Below are positions 27,008 through 40,145 of a stretch of 64,000 bases of DNA, piece by piece. Numbering within the stretch: position 1 is the stretch's first letter; the number at the start of each line of letters is the position of its first letter. The translations under genes were made by a program, and so were the position numbers. Source of the DNA: Hamiltosporidium tvaerminnensis FI-OER-3-3 (taxonomy: Eukaryota > Fungi > Microsporidia); assembly GCA_022605425.2 (NCBI GenBank), contig JAKIMF020000001.1:310001-374000 (forward strand). The letters run 5' to 3'. Under the pieces are notes generated by a model that saw nothing but the letters and a program-made list of their open reading frames with translations, had not been told where the DNA came from and did not search any database.

Positions 27008-27612
27008 TTTTTAGGGGTTTTTATCAGAGGTTTAACAAAATAGAATAAAATTTTAATAAATTGTTTGCCAAATCAAGAAAACGAAAAAATAGAAATTAAG
27101 TTTTCAAGAAAATACTTTTAATTTCTGTTCAAATATTATGAAAGAAATTAGGAAACAGGAATGATGAATAAAAGTTTCTATAAAAATTTTTGTAATTTTG
27201 TGTCTGTGAATTCGTGCAAATCAACAAAACGAAAGAATAGAAATTAAATTTAGCAAAAAAAATATTTGTAATTTTAGTCTTGTGAATTGGTAGAATACAT
27301 GATACAAAATATTTAAGTAAGAGCCTTTTTTTAATTGTATTCTGAATTTCTGTATTTTTTAAGGAAAAATTTAAAGTGTTTTTGCTGCTATGATCCTTTT
27401 TAAAAATTAATACTTTAAATATTCAAGAATAATTTTTCTTTATTTCCAAATTTACAAATTCTAACTGTAACTATTGTTCTATAAAATTCCTTTGAATTAT
27501 ATTCCTAAACAAAAGTATAAAATTATATTACCGTTTATTTTTTTTATGCATAAATGAACAAAGAAAATTAACTGTTTAAATTTAAAGATACTTGGAAAGT
27601 ACTTAACACTTT

Positions 27613-27830
27613 TTATTCCATTCTTCTTTTACTTCTCGGTGTCGATGATGAAAAAATTACAATTTTTTAATTTATCTGATTTAATCTGTTGAACTCGAGA
27701 TTAAGGGGGTTATGATCTATAGATCAACTTGTGTTTATATTCCAAGACAACGACAAGAATAATGTTAAACAAATTCTACACACTATTTCCGAGTTGAAAA
27801 GTTTTTAATGTGGTCATTCTTCCTCCCCTT
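27613..27830 (-). repeat. Dispersed repeat family A, copy 4 (diverged)
   Basis: TTATTCCATTCTTCTTTTACTTCTCGGTGTCGA...AGTTTTTAATGTG is the reverse complement of the core. Confidence 0.7.
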
Positions 27831-28124
27831 ATATTGAGAGCAAACGAGAATATGTTTTCTAAACTTAATACTTTTTTTTATCTCAAACAAATCCAAATAA
27901 GAAAGTCGATTGTTCGATGTGAATAGTAAGGTTTTACAAATTTACATTAATTATTTTCTTTATGTTATTAAACCGTTGTAGTGTCTTCGGAAGTATTAAT
28001 GAACAAAGTATAATAGAATTTATAAAGCTTAAGCCAAGAAAAAAATTGGTTTTTCTATAACCGAATAAAAAAATAAACAGGTATTTTTTATTTCTATTTT
28101 TCGTGTTTTATTATTTTAGATATT

Positions 28125-28200
28125 GGGTGGAGGATGGATAAGCACAATAGAAACTTTCTGCTTGGTAATGAAAATGTGGAATTGATAAGAAGATCATTTT
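28125..28200 (+). repeat. Dispersed repeat family A, copy 5 (5' fragment)
   Basis: GGATAAGCACAATAGAAACTTTCTGCTTGGTAATGA. Confidence 0.65.
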
Positions 28201-28239
28201 TTAGATTTTTGCTTAAAATAAAACCAAACTATATTTTCA

Positions 28240-28845
28240 TTGTTCTATAAGAGTCTGTATGAGAATGATATGGCCTAGAAATTGGCGAAATTTTTTGTAC
28301 AAATTTATTTTGCAGTTTTTTATGTAACTAGATTGCAGATCCGCAGCCAAACCCGTGGTTAATTCCTGTATAAAAGTATTAATAGCTATCTTTAACACAC
28401 AAGTTAGAAGACTCAGCACCTAGGGAGATAGAAAAACAAACCTTTAAAGCCAGAGGAGTCAATAAGCAGGTTATACATGTCGGTATGCATTTGCATTTTC
28501 TAGATGGACTCAATGTAAATCGCCGATATATATCTTAGCCAGAACTTTATTTGATTCTAGAAAGTGTAGAGTAAGTAGAAATACTGCATAGTCTTAGGAA
28601 GAATCGCAGAATGGGTTTCAGCCTAAGATCAAACTCCATGCGAAAATCAAAACAAACAACAGGCAAATGTCTCGCCGATTGTTTAGGTTCTACAGATCTG
28701 TAGATGAAATGCTTTAGGATTTTAATATCACAAGGGGTACTGATTGAGTGTTGGAGTAGCAGTTATTTATGTTAAACCTAGAACTGTATTAATGCCATGA
28801 GAACAAATATAAGACTTACCACTGTTTTCAAGTATGCGATATTTT
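28240..28845. repeat. Dispersed repeat family B (~600 bp), copy 1
   Basis: Collinear blocks shared with 45325-45900: TGTAACTAG; AGAAG.CTC...CCT.GG; ATATATATCTT.G...AAAGTGTAGAGT; AGAACT.TA.TAATG.CAT. Confidence 0.6.
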
Positions 28846-30538
28846 TATAATTAATCAATAAACTCTTATCTTTCAATTATTGTATCATGAGTTATATATT
28901 TGTACTCCGTGAGAAATTCATAAAATATTTATTAATTGTTTGCTATTAAAAAAATGTCTAAGACAAAATATATCAAGAAAATATATTTTTAAGATAACTT
29001 CTAAGGAAATTCATATATATTTATGTAGATTTTAAATTTTCGTATGATGTTTCTTTTTTTGTAAATTAAATGATTAAAAAAGTAAATTTTCCTAGGTTTT
29101 CTTTACATTAGATCAAATGCATACAAATTTCTAAAAGTGACTATATTATAAATATAGTTCATATAAAAAACCTAAAACTTAATAGATACGAAATAATACA
29201 GAAGTATTTCGCAATAATATTTTCTTTTATTGAAAATATAAGTTTTACTTAGAAATTTTTGATTTCATTTCATTATATTGAAATCTGGGGCAACAATTTT
29301 CTCTTTTTTTCACATTTTTAGCACTTTTTTTTTATTAAATCCGACTTTTAATTTACATTAATTGTCGCTTCCTCCACCGTAGTTACATAATACAAAATAA
29401 GGGCTAAATTATTTTCTGTATCTCTTCTTAAACACTATCTTTCTCGTTAATTATTGATTTCTAACATATATTTTACACAAATATTTTAATTTTTTTTTTT
29501 ATTTAGGTTATTGTCAAGGAAATTAGTTGATATAATTTTATATAATTTCTTGATATTATTTAAAAAATGTATACTTTAGTGACATTCTCTTTCCTCGAGA
29601 ACAATTTTATTTTAAATTTTGTTTCTGATATCATTTTTTTTAGTTTCTATATTATTTTTTTGGGTTTGAAACTACTTTATTAAATAAATTAGGCGAAAGA
29701 AAACCGAAAATGTTTTGTCTATTGAATAGTGTTTGTAAAACCGCCGTCTATTTTTAAATTTTGTACTTAAAGGTGAAGTTAATTTTGTGTTTTTTCTACC
29801 TGTTATAATTTTGTAATATTAATATAGAATCAGATATTTCTTTCAATGGATTGTATTTGACTGTCTCTCTTGTTATAAGAAAATAAGAATATTTTTTCTA
29901 TTAGTATCTAAAACTTTAAGAGGATTTTATTATTATAGTGAGAGTTTTATTTATAAATTCTAATAGCTATTTTCCTTTAAAAAACCATCCAATCGAATTC
30001 TTAAACCAACCTTCATTTAGATTAAATCTATAAATTGAAAGTACTTATTATTTATATTAATATAATAATAAAAATGATGCTAATACTGATTATACTGTAT
30101 ATTTCGTTATAAATCGTAGCGCTGGTTTTATATTTAATTTATAAGATTTACAAGAGATTATATCTAAATGATTATATTCTTCTTTGAAGATGTAAATTTT
30201 TAGTTTTTCTTCCTTTTTTTTTTTAATTCTATGAAGTTGAAATGATTTAATAAACTATAAAATAGAAAAATATTTGAGAAATATTTTGAATTTTGTGCTA
30301 TTTTAATATAAATAGGTTATACGTCTACTTTCATGGTATACGACGTTAAACATTTCTTAAAATATTTTTTATAAATTAAAAAATTGGATTCGAGAAGTTT
30401 TTTTTAAGATTTAGAATTGTTGTTAGACAATTAATTTAAATGAATAAATCGTAAATTTACTATTAATGTAATTGCCTTTCCAAAAGAGGCTAAATTAATG
30501 CGATTTTAATTAATTTTGGGACTATAAATAGTTAAAAA

Positions 30539-33500
30539 TTGGGTATTGGGATGTATTTTTATAAGAGAAGAGAATTTGTAAGAAGCTGTATTTATATTGG
30601 ATTTGTTCTTGCTTTTATTTTGATACTTACAATAATTGCATGGATGGAATCAGAGAAAGCGATTGAGCTCTTTCATAAGGAGTTTGAAATTGCTATCAAA
30701 GAAAAAAAAAATTTTGAGATAAAAATAGAAATAGAAAATTTTGAGATTTTTATGATAAGTAAATCAATTGACAATACTGACTTGAAAAGTGAATTTCTAA
30801 TTCCGTTTACAGAATCAGAGACAAGCGCAAAAATAGAAAAAACTTTTAACAATAAAAAGTTGAGTTGTCTTATTTTTAGTGATTTTGATTCTAAAAAGGA
30901 CATATTTAAAAGTGCGAAGGTAGATTTTAATAATTTAAAAGCACAAATGGATAAATTATCAAAAATAATCAGTTTGGGATTGATTTTACGAGGGAAAAGC
31001 CCGTTTAAATTCTTTATTAAGTTAAGTCAAGTAATTTTACATATTTTTGATAGAAAGATAGAACAAAAAAATATTTGCATCTTAAAAATGATAGAAGTTT
31101 TTAAGAGTAAAATTTTACAAATTAAATTTAAAAAAGATCATAAGTTTGATTTCATAAATGATAAAAAAATTTGATTTTGAGTCAAAAGATACGACAAAAA
31201 ACTACCAAGTTTTGGATTACATGACCTATATTTTTTTTATATGCGAACTAAATGGAAAAGATTTTATAAAGAATAGAAAACCAGATGATCCAAATATAGA
31301 AAATATTCAAATACTATTATACCATAATATTGTTAAGTCACTTAAAAATTTTTATAATTTTTTTATACCAATCAGGAATCTGCCTTCGAATAGGACAGAT
31401 GTGACAAGCAGAATATCAGATACAATACGGGATTATAGAGTTGAAGAGATAGATTTTAACCCATTGATTTCACATTCGAACCCTCTTGCTAATTCTACAC
31501 CACTTAACGAACACAGATCTAGAGAAATCCTAACAGATACTGTACTCGCATCAGAGAGCCATATTTTGAATAATAATATATATTCTCCTGAATATTTTAA
31601 CTCGACAGATTTAAATATAACTGCACGCGATATACCAGGCACTGCTAATGCATTTATAGCACATCTTGACTTTATTTCGAATATAAATAATAGCGAAAAT
31701 CAAAATTCCTCTTCATCTATTAATTCCGCAAATTGTACCGACCTAAAAGATATCGTAAAAGATTCAGAGGCTATGCCTATTGATTTATCATCAAATATTG
31801 CTTCGAATTTAATAATGGAAGATGGGGATATATCAGAAGCAGTCTGTCTTCAAATGAATGAAAATTTATCTCAAACTATTTTATCAGAATCGTGTTTAGG
31901 GCTTCAACCGGAACAAGAAACAGAAGAAGAATTCTTAAACAATTCTAAACCTATTAATTCAAATAATGAGTCGAAAATTCCGGATTTAGAGGATTCAGAA
32001 GGCTTTATACAACAAAACCTAGAATACTAATTCACCTAGAATTATGGCATCCCAAGAAAATATTGTTCCTCTATCCTTTTCATCTAAAGAAGCTTTAAAT
32101 GAGCTCATCAAATGTGAATCAAGATATTCGCCTACACATTTGAAGGATTCTGACACTACACCTCTAAATAATTTACAAACAGCAATAATTCAAACCCAAG
32201 AAACAGATAATTTAAATCAAATATTACAAATAACAAATTCAGATGAAAATGTATCATGCATATCTAATATATTATCTGAATCTAGTTTCGAATTATCTCC
32301 AAGCAATAGAAACTCATCGAATATAATCTACCCTTCAGGTTCGAATAATGAAGACTTAGAAACAAGCATTTCAACTTCTAGACACAATATATCTCATCAT
32401 AATCAAACAAATACGATGCATTCACCGACAATATTTAGACCACAAATAGAACCAGTTAGATCTCATGGTCAGCAAAATTTATATGAATCAGATACTTTAT
32501 TACAACCCAAAACACCAGAAACCAGTGACATATCTCATACAAACACCTGTTTCGCCAATACTACAGGGATATTAGATGATAATTCTTTTGAATATCTAGA
32601 TGAATCAGATTCGGCTTGTGTAATACGAAGAAATTGCATCTTTGACCGTTCAAAACATTACAAACGCTTTAATATGTGATCAGCCAATTATTTATACTGC
32701 AGAAAAACAACAAGACAAATACATGCATCAGAACCGATATACCTCATCGAATCATGTATATCTTCATTCTCATTAGAAACTACCGAAACATTACCAATAG
32801 AGAAGTGTATGGATTTTAATTATATCGAAACAAAAAAAAATATACCGAGAAATGCAGAACATATTTTAGATGAATCCACATCGATTATATGCGCTGAAAA
32901 AAATCCAATAGAAACATGTTTGTCCATCCCCAACATCAACCCACCTAAATTATTTCAAGCAAAAGAAACACTATCAACTCATAGTTTCACCAATGCAAGT
33001 GAAACTTCCACAGAAACCATAGAAGCGGCAGAGCAGCAAGAAAATACTCTTTTCAAGCAAGAAATCGTTTCAAAATGTGTTAAAAACCCCGTAATTTTTC
33101 ATCTGCAGCAGATAAAGTTTACATCGAATATCGACCCGAACTATATATACATAATAAAAGAAGAACCGATCGAAACACCAGATTTTTATTTATTCAACGT
33201 TCATTCCGAGAGAATTAAATCTGATTCAGACAATAATTTATATGAAATTGTCTCGTTAAATCCACCAGACCAATTTTATGCCGAATTAACAAACCAACAA
33301 ACACCTAACCATACAGTAAACAGTAACAATGAAAGTAATACCCAAAATGAAAATTCGAATACCCAACAAACACCTAACCATACAGTAAACAGTAACAAAG
33401 GAAGTAATACTCAAAATGAAAATTCGAATACCCAACAAACACCTAACCATACAGTAAACAGTAACAATGAAAGTAATACCCAAAATGAAAATTCGAATAC

Positions 33501-33609
33501 CCAAGAAACTTCTGTTCCATCATTGGATGACCATGATGCATTTATAAAATGGATAGAAGAATATAATTTTAATAAATCACCAGACCCCTCAAAAATAACA
33601 GAAATTTAA
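30539..33609 (+). CDS. Long protein with N-terminal TM anchor and Ser/Thr/Asn/Glu-rich tail, broken into four ORFs (frameshifted gene or pseudogene)
   Basis: Adjacent same-strand ORFs with continuous composition. TM IYIGFVLAFILILTIIAW. 69-bp repeat x3 (NTQQTPNHTVNSNNESNTQNENS) near the end. Confidence 0.6.
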
Positions 33610-34077
33610 TAATTTTTAGTAACCAATAAAAGTTTAAAAATAATTATTTTTTCGTATATTTTTTTCTTATCAAGAAAATCAATTACTAATGTTTCTTTGC
33701 AAATGAATATAAAATTATATTTCTTTCTAATTTAAAACGTTTTTTTAAGGAAAGTAAAAATTATTTCTTGTGGTTTTTAAATTCGCTAAAAATTTTACCA
33801 CTTCTTGTCTATTATTTGTCTGTTTGTATAAATCTGAATCTCTTCAATATTTTGAGTCAATATTTTGATTTCAGACATTTTATCCACACATTACACGGCT
33901 GACATTAGCCTGTTGGGTTGTGTAATACGTCCTCTTTCCCTCTGAGATGTACGTAAATTAAAATTCAACTTCTTGGTGTTCTTCATCCTTACTGAAAATA
34001 TCTAATAATCACATTTTTTCACTCTCATCGTCATTTAGTCTGATTCTAAATATTTTGTCATTCATGGAAATAAATTT

Positions 34078-34970
34078 ACATTCTTAAGTACTATCGACTG
34101 AATATATGACTCTATTCTTACTGGTATTTTAATATACCAAAAATATTTATATATTTTACATTCTTAAGTACTATCGACTGAATATATGACTCTATTCTTA
34201 ATATCATTTAAAGCTTATCAAGATACATTTTATAACATTTATTACAAAATGATCAAAGACTATCACTATAAAGCTATCTCTACATTTATAAATAAGACCC
34301 AATTCATTGACCAATATATCCATCAACCAATATATCCATTAACTAATAAATCCGCTGATTAATAAATCCGCTGACTAATAAATCGTTACTTTCTTACATT
34401 TCAATTTTTACTACAGAAATAAATATTTTTTAATTAATAATTCTAACTTCTATATGGGTTATTCCTTTAAATATTTTATCTAAAATAAAAATTGCTAATC
34501 AGTTATTAAGAATTTAAATCAAATGACAAATAATTTTCTTTAAATTTCTTATTTCTTATATTTTATTTTCTTTTTTATTTCTTATATTTTATTTTCTTTT
34601 TTATTTCTTATATTTTCTTTTCTTTTTATTTCTTATTTCTTATATTTGTTTTTTATTTTTCTAATTCTTATATCTCTATACTCTAATGTACTTATTACTT
34701 TAATATCCCTTTTAATATCTCCAATTCTTATATCTCTATACTCTAATGTACTTATTACTTTAATATCCCTTTTAATATCTCCAATTCTTATATCTCTATA
34801 CTTTTTATTAATATTTCAAATCTATTTTAATATTCCATTCAATATCTATAATTCTTATATCCCTATACCTACTTCTTATCCCAATTATTAGCCCTATACC
34901 TATCTCTTATCCCTTATCATACCCCATATTTCTAACCCTATCCCCTTCCATCCATTTTCCCTTTCTTCTC
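34078..34970. repeat. Cluster of short duplications and pyrimidine-rich minisatellites upstream of Rtf1
   Basis: Duplicated CATTCTTAAGTACTATCGACTG.. block (34080/34159), 60-bp unit x2 at ~34663-34800, TTTCTTATATTT arrays. Confidence 0.7.
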
Positions 34971-35055
34971 TTAAAAATCCGAAACTTTATTTGTGATTGG
35001 TGATTGTTTTTTTTCTTTTTAAAAAAAAAAACCCTTTTTTTTCTAAAACTTAAAA

Positions 35056-36285
35056 ATGAATTTTAACACAGAAAACAAAACAAAAGAAATGAAATCTAAC
35101 TCATCAGAAGACAGAATGTATTATAAAAATAATAAATATGAGAAGTCTTATTCACAGGAAGACAAACCAACCAACAGATATGATAGTAATAAATATGATA
35201 GTAATAAATATGAGAAGTCTTATTCACAGGAAGACAAACCAACCAACAGATATGATAGTAACAGATATGAGAAGTCTTATTCACAGGAAGACAAACCAAG
35301 TAATAACCAAAGAACAAACAATAACCAAATATCAAACAACAAACCAACAAACAATAATAAACCAACTAATAATAACCAAATATCATACAATAAATTAACA
35401 AACAATAAACCAAATTATAAAAAAATTATTTCTCGTACAGAACTCTTAGCACTTAAAGAAGCAGAAAGTAAAAGAAATAAAGAATTATTAGATTTAGAAA
35501 CAATAAATGAAATAATAATATCTCGAGATTATCTTTTAGAAAATATATACAAACCACACTTTGAAAGTATAATAGGTTCATATGTAAGAGTATGTTTAGA
35601 AGAGAGTTATTATATAGGAAAGATAATAGGTATATCAATTGGTAATAAAATATATTCTAGTATATATCAAGGAAGGAAGGAAGTAAAGACAAATAAGTAT
35701 TTAAAGGTAATGATTGGTAAGAAAGTGTATGATAAATTTGAAGTGACTTATGTGAGTAACAGTAAGGTTAAGGAATTAGAATTTGGTATTTTTAAGGGAG
35801 ATTTTAAGGATAAAAATATTTGTAAAGGAGATTTTCTTATTCCGTATTTTGATATTAAGAAGAAGGTTGAGAGGGTGATGAGTGATTTAGAATTTACTAA
35901 AATGTTGGAAGAAAAGCATAAATTTCATCCTCGAGAGAAGAGTATGACAGTTAAGAAGATAGAGTTGATTACACAGAGGGATAATGCTATTAATGGGGAT
36001 AGGGATTTTAAGAAGGCAGCTAAGTATCAGCAGATGATTATTGAGTTAGAGGATGAGCAGTTCAAAGACAATCCTGGGTATAAAAAAATGGTGGTTAAGA
36101 GGAAACAGATGGAGAGGATGAAAAAAGAAGGTAAATTAAAGGTAGGGGAGAAGGGTGTTAGTGGTAAGGAGGAGGGGGGTGTTAGTGATAAGGAGGATAA
36201 GGAGGTTGTTTATGTTTCTATTGAAGGGTTTCCTACGTGTATTAAGAAGGCTGTTTACTTGGATAAAAAAAGGAATGAAGAGTAG
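35056..36285 (+). CDS. RTF1: Paf1 complex subunit Rtf1 (Plus3 domain)
   Basis: ISRD.L......PHFE..IIGSYVRV, TNKYLKV and YVSNS...ELEF match Plus3. CCC motif upstream; N-terminal repeat expansion. Confidence 0.85.
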   Translation: MNFNTENKTKEMKSNSSEDRMYYKNNKYEKSYSQEDKPTNRYDSNKYDSNKYEKSYSQEDKPTNRYDSNRYEKSYSQEDKPSNNQRTNNNQISNNKPTNNNKPTNNNQISYNKLTNNKPNYKKIISRTELLALKEAESKRNKELLDLETINEIIISRDYLLENIYKPHFESIIGSYVRVCLEESYYIGKIIGISIGNKIYSSIYQGRKEVKTNKYLKVMIGKKVYDKFEVTYVSNSKVKELEFGIFKGDFKDKNICKGDFLIPYFDIKKKVERVMSDLEFTKMLEEKHKFHPREKSMTVKKIELITQRDNAINGDRDFKKAAKYQQMIIELEDEQFKDNPGYKKMVVKRKQMERMKKEGKLKVGEKGVSGKEEGGVSDKEDKEVVYVSIEGFPTCIKKAVYLDKKRNEE

Positions 36286-36712
36286 TGGATAAAGGGGTGT
36301 TAAAGATAGGTAGTGGATAAAGGGGGTGTTATTGTAAATGGTAGCTGATAAAGGGGTGTTAAAGATCGGTAGTGGATAAAGGGGTGTTAAAGATAGGTAG
36401 TGGATAAAGGGGGTGTTATTGTAAATGGTTGTAGTGTAAAGGGGTGTTATGAATAGTACTGTTATTAAAAGATGGTATCATCGTACTGTTATTAAAGGGG
36501 GTTATTTACAATACATATAACTACACTACTTATATCTATTACACTGTTATTAAAGGGGTGTTATTTACAATACTTATAACCAATGGGTGTTATTTATAAT
36601 ACTTATAACTAAAGGGTGCTAATCATATACTTATAACCAAAGGGTGTTATTTATAATACTTATAACTAAAGGGTGTTAATCATATACTTATAACCAAAGG
36701 GTGTTATTTACA
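36283..36712 (+). repeat. GGGGTGTTA minisatellite array
   Basis: More than ten AAGGG(G)TGTTA units with variable spacers. Confidence 0.9.
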
Positions 36713-36775
36713 CTATCCTTTACCCTTCCCTTTCTTTATATTTTTTCTTATAAAAATTTCTATTTAACCCCATAA

Positions 36776-38623
36776 ATGTCAGATATATTAAATTACTTTT
36801 TAAATGTTCAATTTGAAAATATAAAAGACACAGAAATTCTTCAAAACATATATAATGAGATAAACAAAGATTTTAAAGAAATAATTCTTAACAGAGAATC
36901 GTGTTACCGATTAGAATCTCTTCTACAGAAAAGTAGTTGTGGTCAGTTACTTGATTTTCTAAACAGTATTGATATAAAATATTTTATATGTAAGAAACTT
37001 GGATCTAGGATTTTAGAAAAAGTATTTACACTTCTGTTTATGCACATAAATGTGCATAAAAGCATAAAAATAGAAGAAATAGAAGTTTTTATAAAATTTC
37101 TAGAAAAAAACTTTTTAAAGTATTTTTATGATCCGTGTGGTACTTTCGTTATACGAGTTTATTTTCAAATTTTGTGTGGTAAATTCGTTTTTTACGATGC
37201 AGCACATCAGAAGCAATATGGAGTTAAAGATATAACTAATTGTAAATACAGAGTACTTAAGTATTCAAATAATAAATCAAGAAAATATTCCAGAATAGAT
37301 TCTAGGATAGATTCCAGAATAGATTCTAGGAATAATAAATTTCTTGAATTAAAATCACATAATTTAAATTCCAAATCCCTTAAACTGGATTCTAAGTCCA
37401 ACAGTTTAGATTCTCATTCTCCTAAATCCAAATCTCTTGAATCCAAATCTCTTAAATCAAATTTCCATAATTTAGATTATTTGTATAAGCTTTTAGAAAA
37501 TGATATTTCTAATATTTTATCTCAAAAACACACTTCTCTTTCTCTTCTCACTTTACTTTTATGCATGCATAAAAAGAATAAAATTATAAAAAAAATAAAT
37601 ATTTCCTATTTATGCGTAGAAAGACTAAAAGAACCTGTTTTTTCATATTTTTATGAAACTTTGATATCAAAAATGACACAGAAAAATCTTCTTTTTTTCT
37701 ATAAAAAAATCAAACCATACTTCATACAACTATCTACACATCCTATTTCTAATTATGTAATACAAACACTTATAAACACATTTACTTTAAAATATAAATT
37801 TTATTATTCACAAATTATAAAAAATTACCAATTATTTAATCGTAATTCTAATATTTTATTGAATTTAGTTATTTGTCTACAAAAAGAAAATAAATACAGA
37901 AAAATACAAAAAATTATGCAAATTTTTTATTATAAAAATGATTTTTTTGAAGAAGTACTCCTTATAAGAAGTAATGATAGATATGACAGTAAATTAGATT
38001 TTAAAGATGATAGATATGACAGTAAATTGAATAATAAATTAGATGATAGATATGACAGTAAATTGGATGATAGATATGACAGTAAATTGAATAATAAATT
38101 AGATGATAGATATGACAGTAAATTAGATGATAGGTGTGACAGTAAATTAGATGATAGATATGACAGTAAAAGAGATTTTAAAGATGATAGGTTTGATACT
38201 AAAAATAGTAAATTAGGTAAGAAAAATAATTTAGATACTAATATCAATATATCAGATACAAACTGTAATATTAATAGTCACTGTACTATTGATTCTAAGT
38301 TTGTTCAAATGACAGTAAATTTTCTGAAAAGTAAAGAAGAAAATGAAATTACAAAAAATATAATTTTAGGATTTAAAAATAATTTTTCATTAAAATTTCT
38401 AGAAAATATAAATGGTTTAAAAATTATATTGGCATTTTTACAAGGAAATACAGATTTAGAAAGTAAAAGATGGCTTGTTAATAATATATGTGATAGGTTA
38501 TATTTACTTGGTAGAAATTATTATGGAATTGAAGTTTTACAGTGTATGACACTTTATTGTGATTGGGATATGAAAAGAGAAATTTATAGTTTTGTAAGAA
38601 AAAGTAAAATGTTATTAAAATAG
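36776..38623 (+). CDS. NOP9: Nucleolar Pumilio-repeat protein Nop9-like
   Basis: Puf-like repeats (SCYRLESLL, LGSRILEK, DPCGTFVIR, LSTHPISNYVIQ, NYYGIEVLQ). DDRYDSKL repeat insertion. AACCCCATAA precedes the ATG. Confidence 0.75.
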   Translation: MSDILNYFLNVQFENIKDTEILQNIYNEINKDFKEIILNRESCYRLESLLQKSSCGQLLDFLNSIDIKYFICKKLGSRILEKVFTLLFMHINVHKSIKIEEIEVFIKFLEKNFLKYFYDPCGTFVIRVYFQILCGKFVFYDAAHQKQYGVKDITNCKYRVLKYSNNKSRKYSRIDSRIDSRIDSRNNKFLELKSHNLNSKSLKLDSKSNSLDSHSPKSKSLESKSLKSNFHNLDYLYKLLENDISNILSQKHTSLSLLTLLLCMHKKNKIIKKINISYLCVERLKEPVFSYFYETLISKMTQKNLLFFYKKIKPYFIQLSTHPISNYVIQTLINTFTLKYKFYYSQIIKNYQLFNRNSNILLNLVICLQKENKYRKIQKIMQIFYYKNDFFEEVLLIRSNDRYDSKLDFKDDRYDSKLNNKLDDRYDSKLDDRYDSKLNNKLDDRYDSKLDDRCDSKLDDRYDSKRDFKDDRFDTKNSKLGKKNNLDTNINISDTNCNINSHCTIDSKFVQMTVNFLKSKEENEITKNIILGFKNNFSLKFLENINGLKIILAFLQGNTDLESKRWLVNNICDRLYLLGRNYYGIEVLQCMTLYCDWDMKREIYSFVRKSKMLLK

Positions 38624-38781
38624 AAATTATTATTTATTTTGTTTTTATTTTTTATTTTAAATATTTTTTAAAATTGACAAGGAATTTCTATTTTATTGTT
38701 ATTTTAATTGTTTTAAAAAAGGATGTGATACCTTTAAATGATACTTTTATAAATTATACTTTTTATTTTCTATCTACTTGA

Positions 38782-39372
38782 TTAACACCCTTTTGTTTAT
38801 TTGACTTATGATTAACACCCTTTTGTTAATACTCTTATGTTTAACACCCTATTAATTACTACTCTTATGTTTAACACCCTCTTTTGTTTATTTGACTTAT
38901 GATTAACACCCTTTTGTTAATACTCTTATATTTAACACCCTATTAATTACTACTCTTATGTTTAACACCCTCTTTTGTTTATTTGACTTATACTTAACAC
39001 CCTTTTGTTAATACTCTTATATTTAACACCCTATTAATTACTACTCTTATGTTTAACACCCTCTTTTGTTTATTTGACTTATATTTAACACTATTAATTA
39101 CTACTCTTATACTCAATACCCTATTAATTACTATCCTTATACTTAACACCCCTTAAATTAATACTCTCATACTTAACACTCCTTTATTCATCACCTATAT
39201 ATTTAACACCCTATTAATTACTACTCATATACTTAACACCCTATTAATTACTATCCTTATACTTAACACCCTATTAAATTAATACTCTTATACTTAACAC
39301 CCATTTATACATCACCTATAAATTTAACACCCCTTTATCCACTACCCTTATGTTTAACACCCCACCCCCTTT
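38782..39372 (-). repeat. TTAACACCC minisatellite array (reverse complement of the 36283 motif)
   Basis: About twenty TTAACAC(CC) units spaced 26-31 bp, with higher-order repetition. Confidence 0.9.
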
Positions 39373-39407
39373 ATTACTACATTATTACCCTTCCTTTTTA
39401 TTTCCTT

Positions 39408-39710
39408 ATGTTTTGTATGTGTGGAACGTTACTACAAATAAAAAAAGAAGGAGAAACGGTTATTTGTAAGAAATGTGGTAAAAGTGTAAAAATAAATAAA
39501 ATAGAACCTTTTATAATAGAAAAGGTATTTAATAATGAAGAGGTAGTAAATACAAGAAATAAAGTGAAAGGAGCTAAGATTAAAGAAAGGTGTCCTTCTT
39601 GTGATAGCAATGAGATGTTTTATAATGTTATACAGCTTAGATCTGTAGATGAAGGACAGACTGTTTTTTATGAGTGTGAATGTGGTTATAAAATGAAGAT
39701 AGATAGTTAA
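39408..39710 (+). CDS. RPA12: RNA polymerase I subunit RPA12
   Basis: N-terminal FC-CG-LL..C--C ribbon; GAKIKERCPSC..QLRSVDEGQTVFYEC TFIIS-like C-ribbon. Confidence 0.92.
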   Translation: MFCMCGTLLQIKKEGETVICKKCGKSVKINKIEPFIIEKVFNNEEVVNTRNKVKGAKIKERCPSCDSNEMFYNVIQLRSVDEGQTVFYECECGYKMKIDS

Positions 39711-40145
39711 AGGGTAGTGAGGATGAAGGGGGTGTTGAGATAGATAGTAGTGGATATATGGGTGTTAATATAAAGACTAGTGGATAAAGGGGTGTTATTA
39801 TATAGAGTAGTGGATAAAGGGTAGTGAGGATGAGGGGGTGTTATTATAAAGAGTAGTGGATAAATGGGTGTTAATATAAGACTAGTGGATAAATGGGTGT
39901 TATATATAAGACTAGTGGATAAAGGGTCTTAAATATATGTACATATATTTATAGGGGTGTTAAGTTGTGGACTAATATATTAAGAGGCGTTAAGTTATGT
40001 ACTTTTATTTAAAGGGGTATTAAGTATTCTACTTATACTCATAGGGGTGTTAATTTTTAGAGTAATATTTAAAGGGGTGTAAAATATCAGAAGAATATTT
40101 ATAGGGGTGTTAATTATAACACCGTTAGTTAAAGGGGTGTTAAGT
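39708..40145 (+). repeat. GGGGTGTTA minisatellite array
   Basis: TAGTGGATAAAGGGG(T)GTTA units, then ~30-bp AGGGGTGTTAA units. Confidence 0.9.

Noticed and set aside
32677-32679. In-frame TGA as selenocysteine or read-through
   Set aside because: The +1 frame (EEIASLTVQNITNALICDQP) fits the protein's composition better, implying compensating frameshifts; no SECIS seen.
38782-39372. TTAACACCC units with variable spacers as a CRISPR-like array
   Set aside because: Core is only 9 bp and the spacers are themselves repeated; this is a minisatellite.
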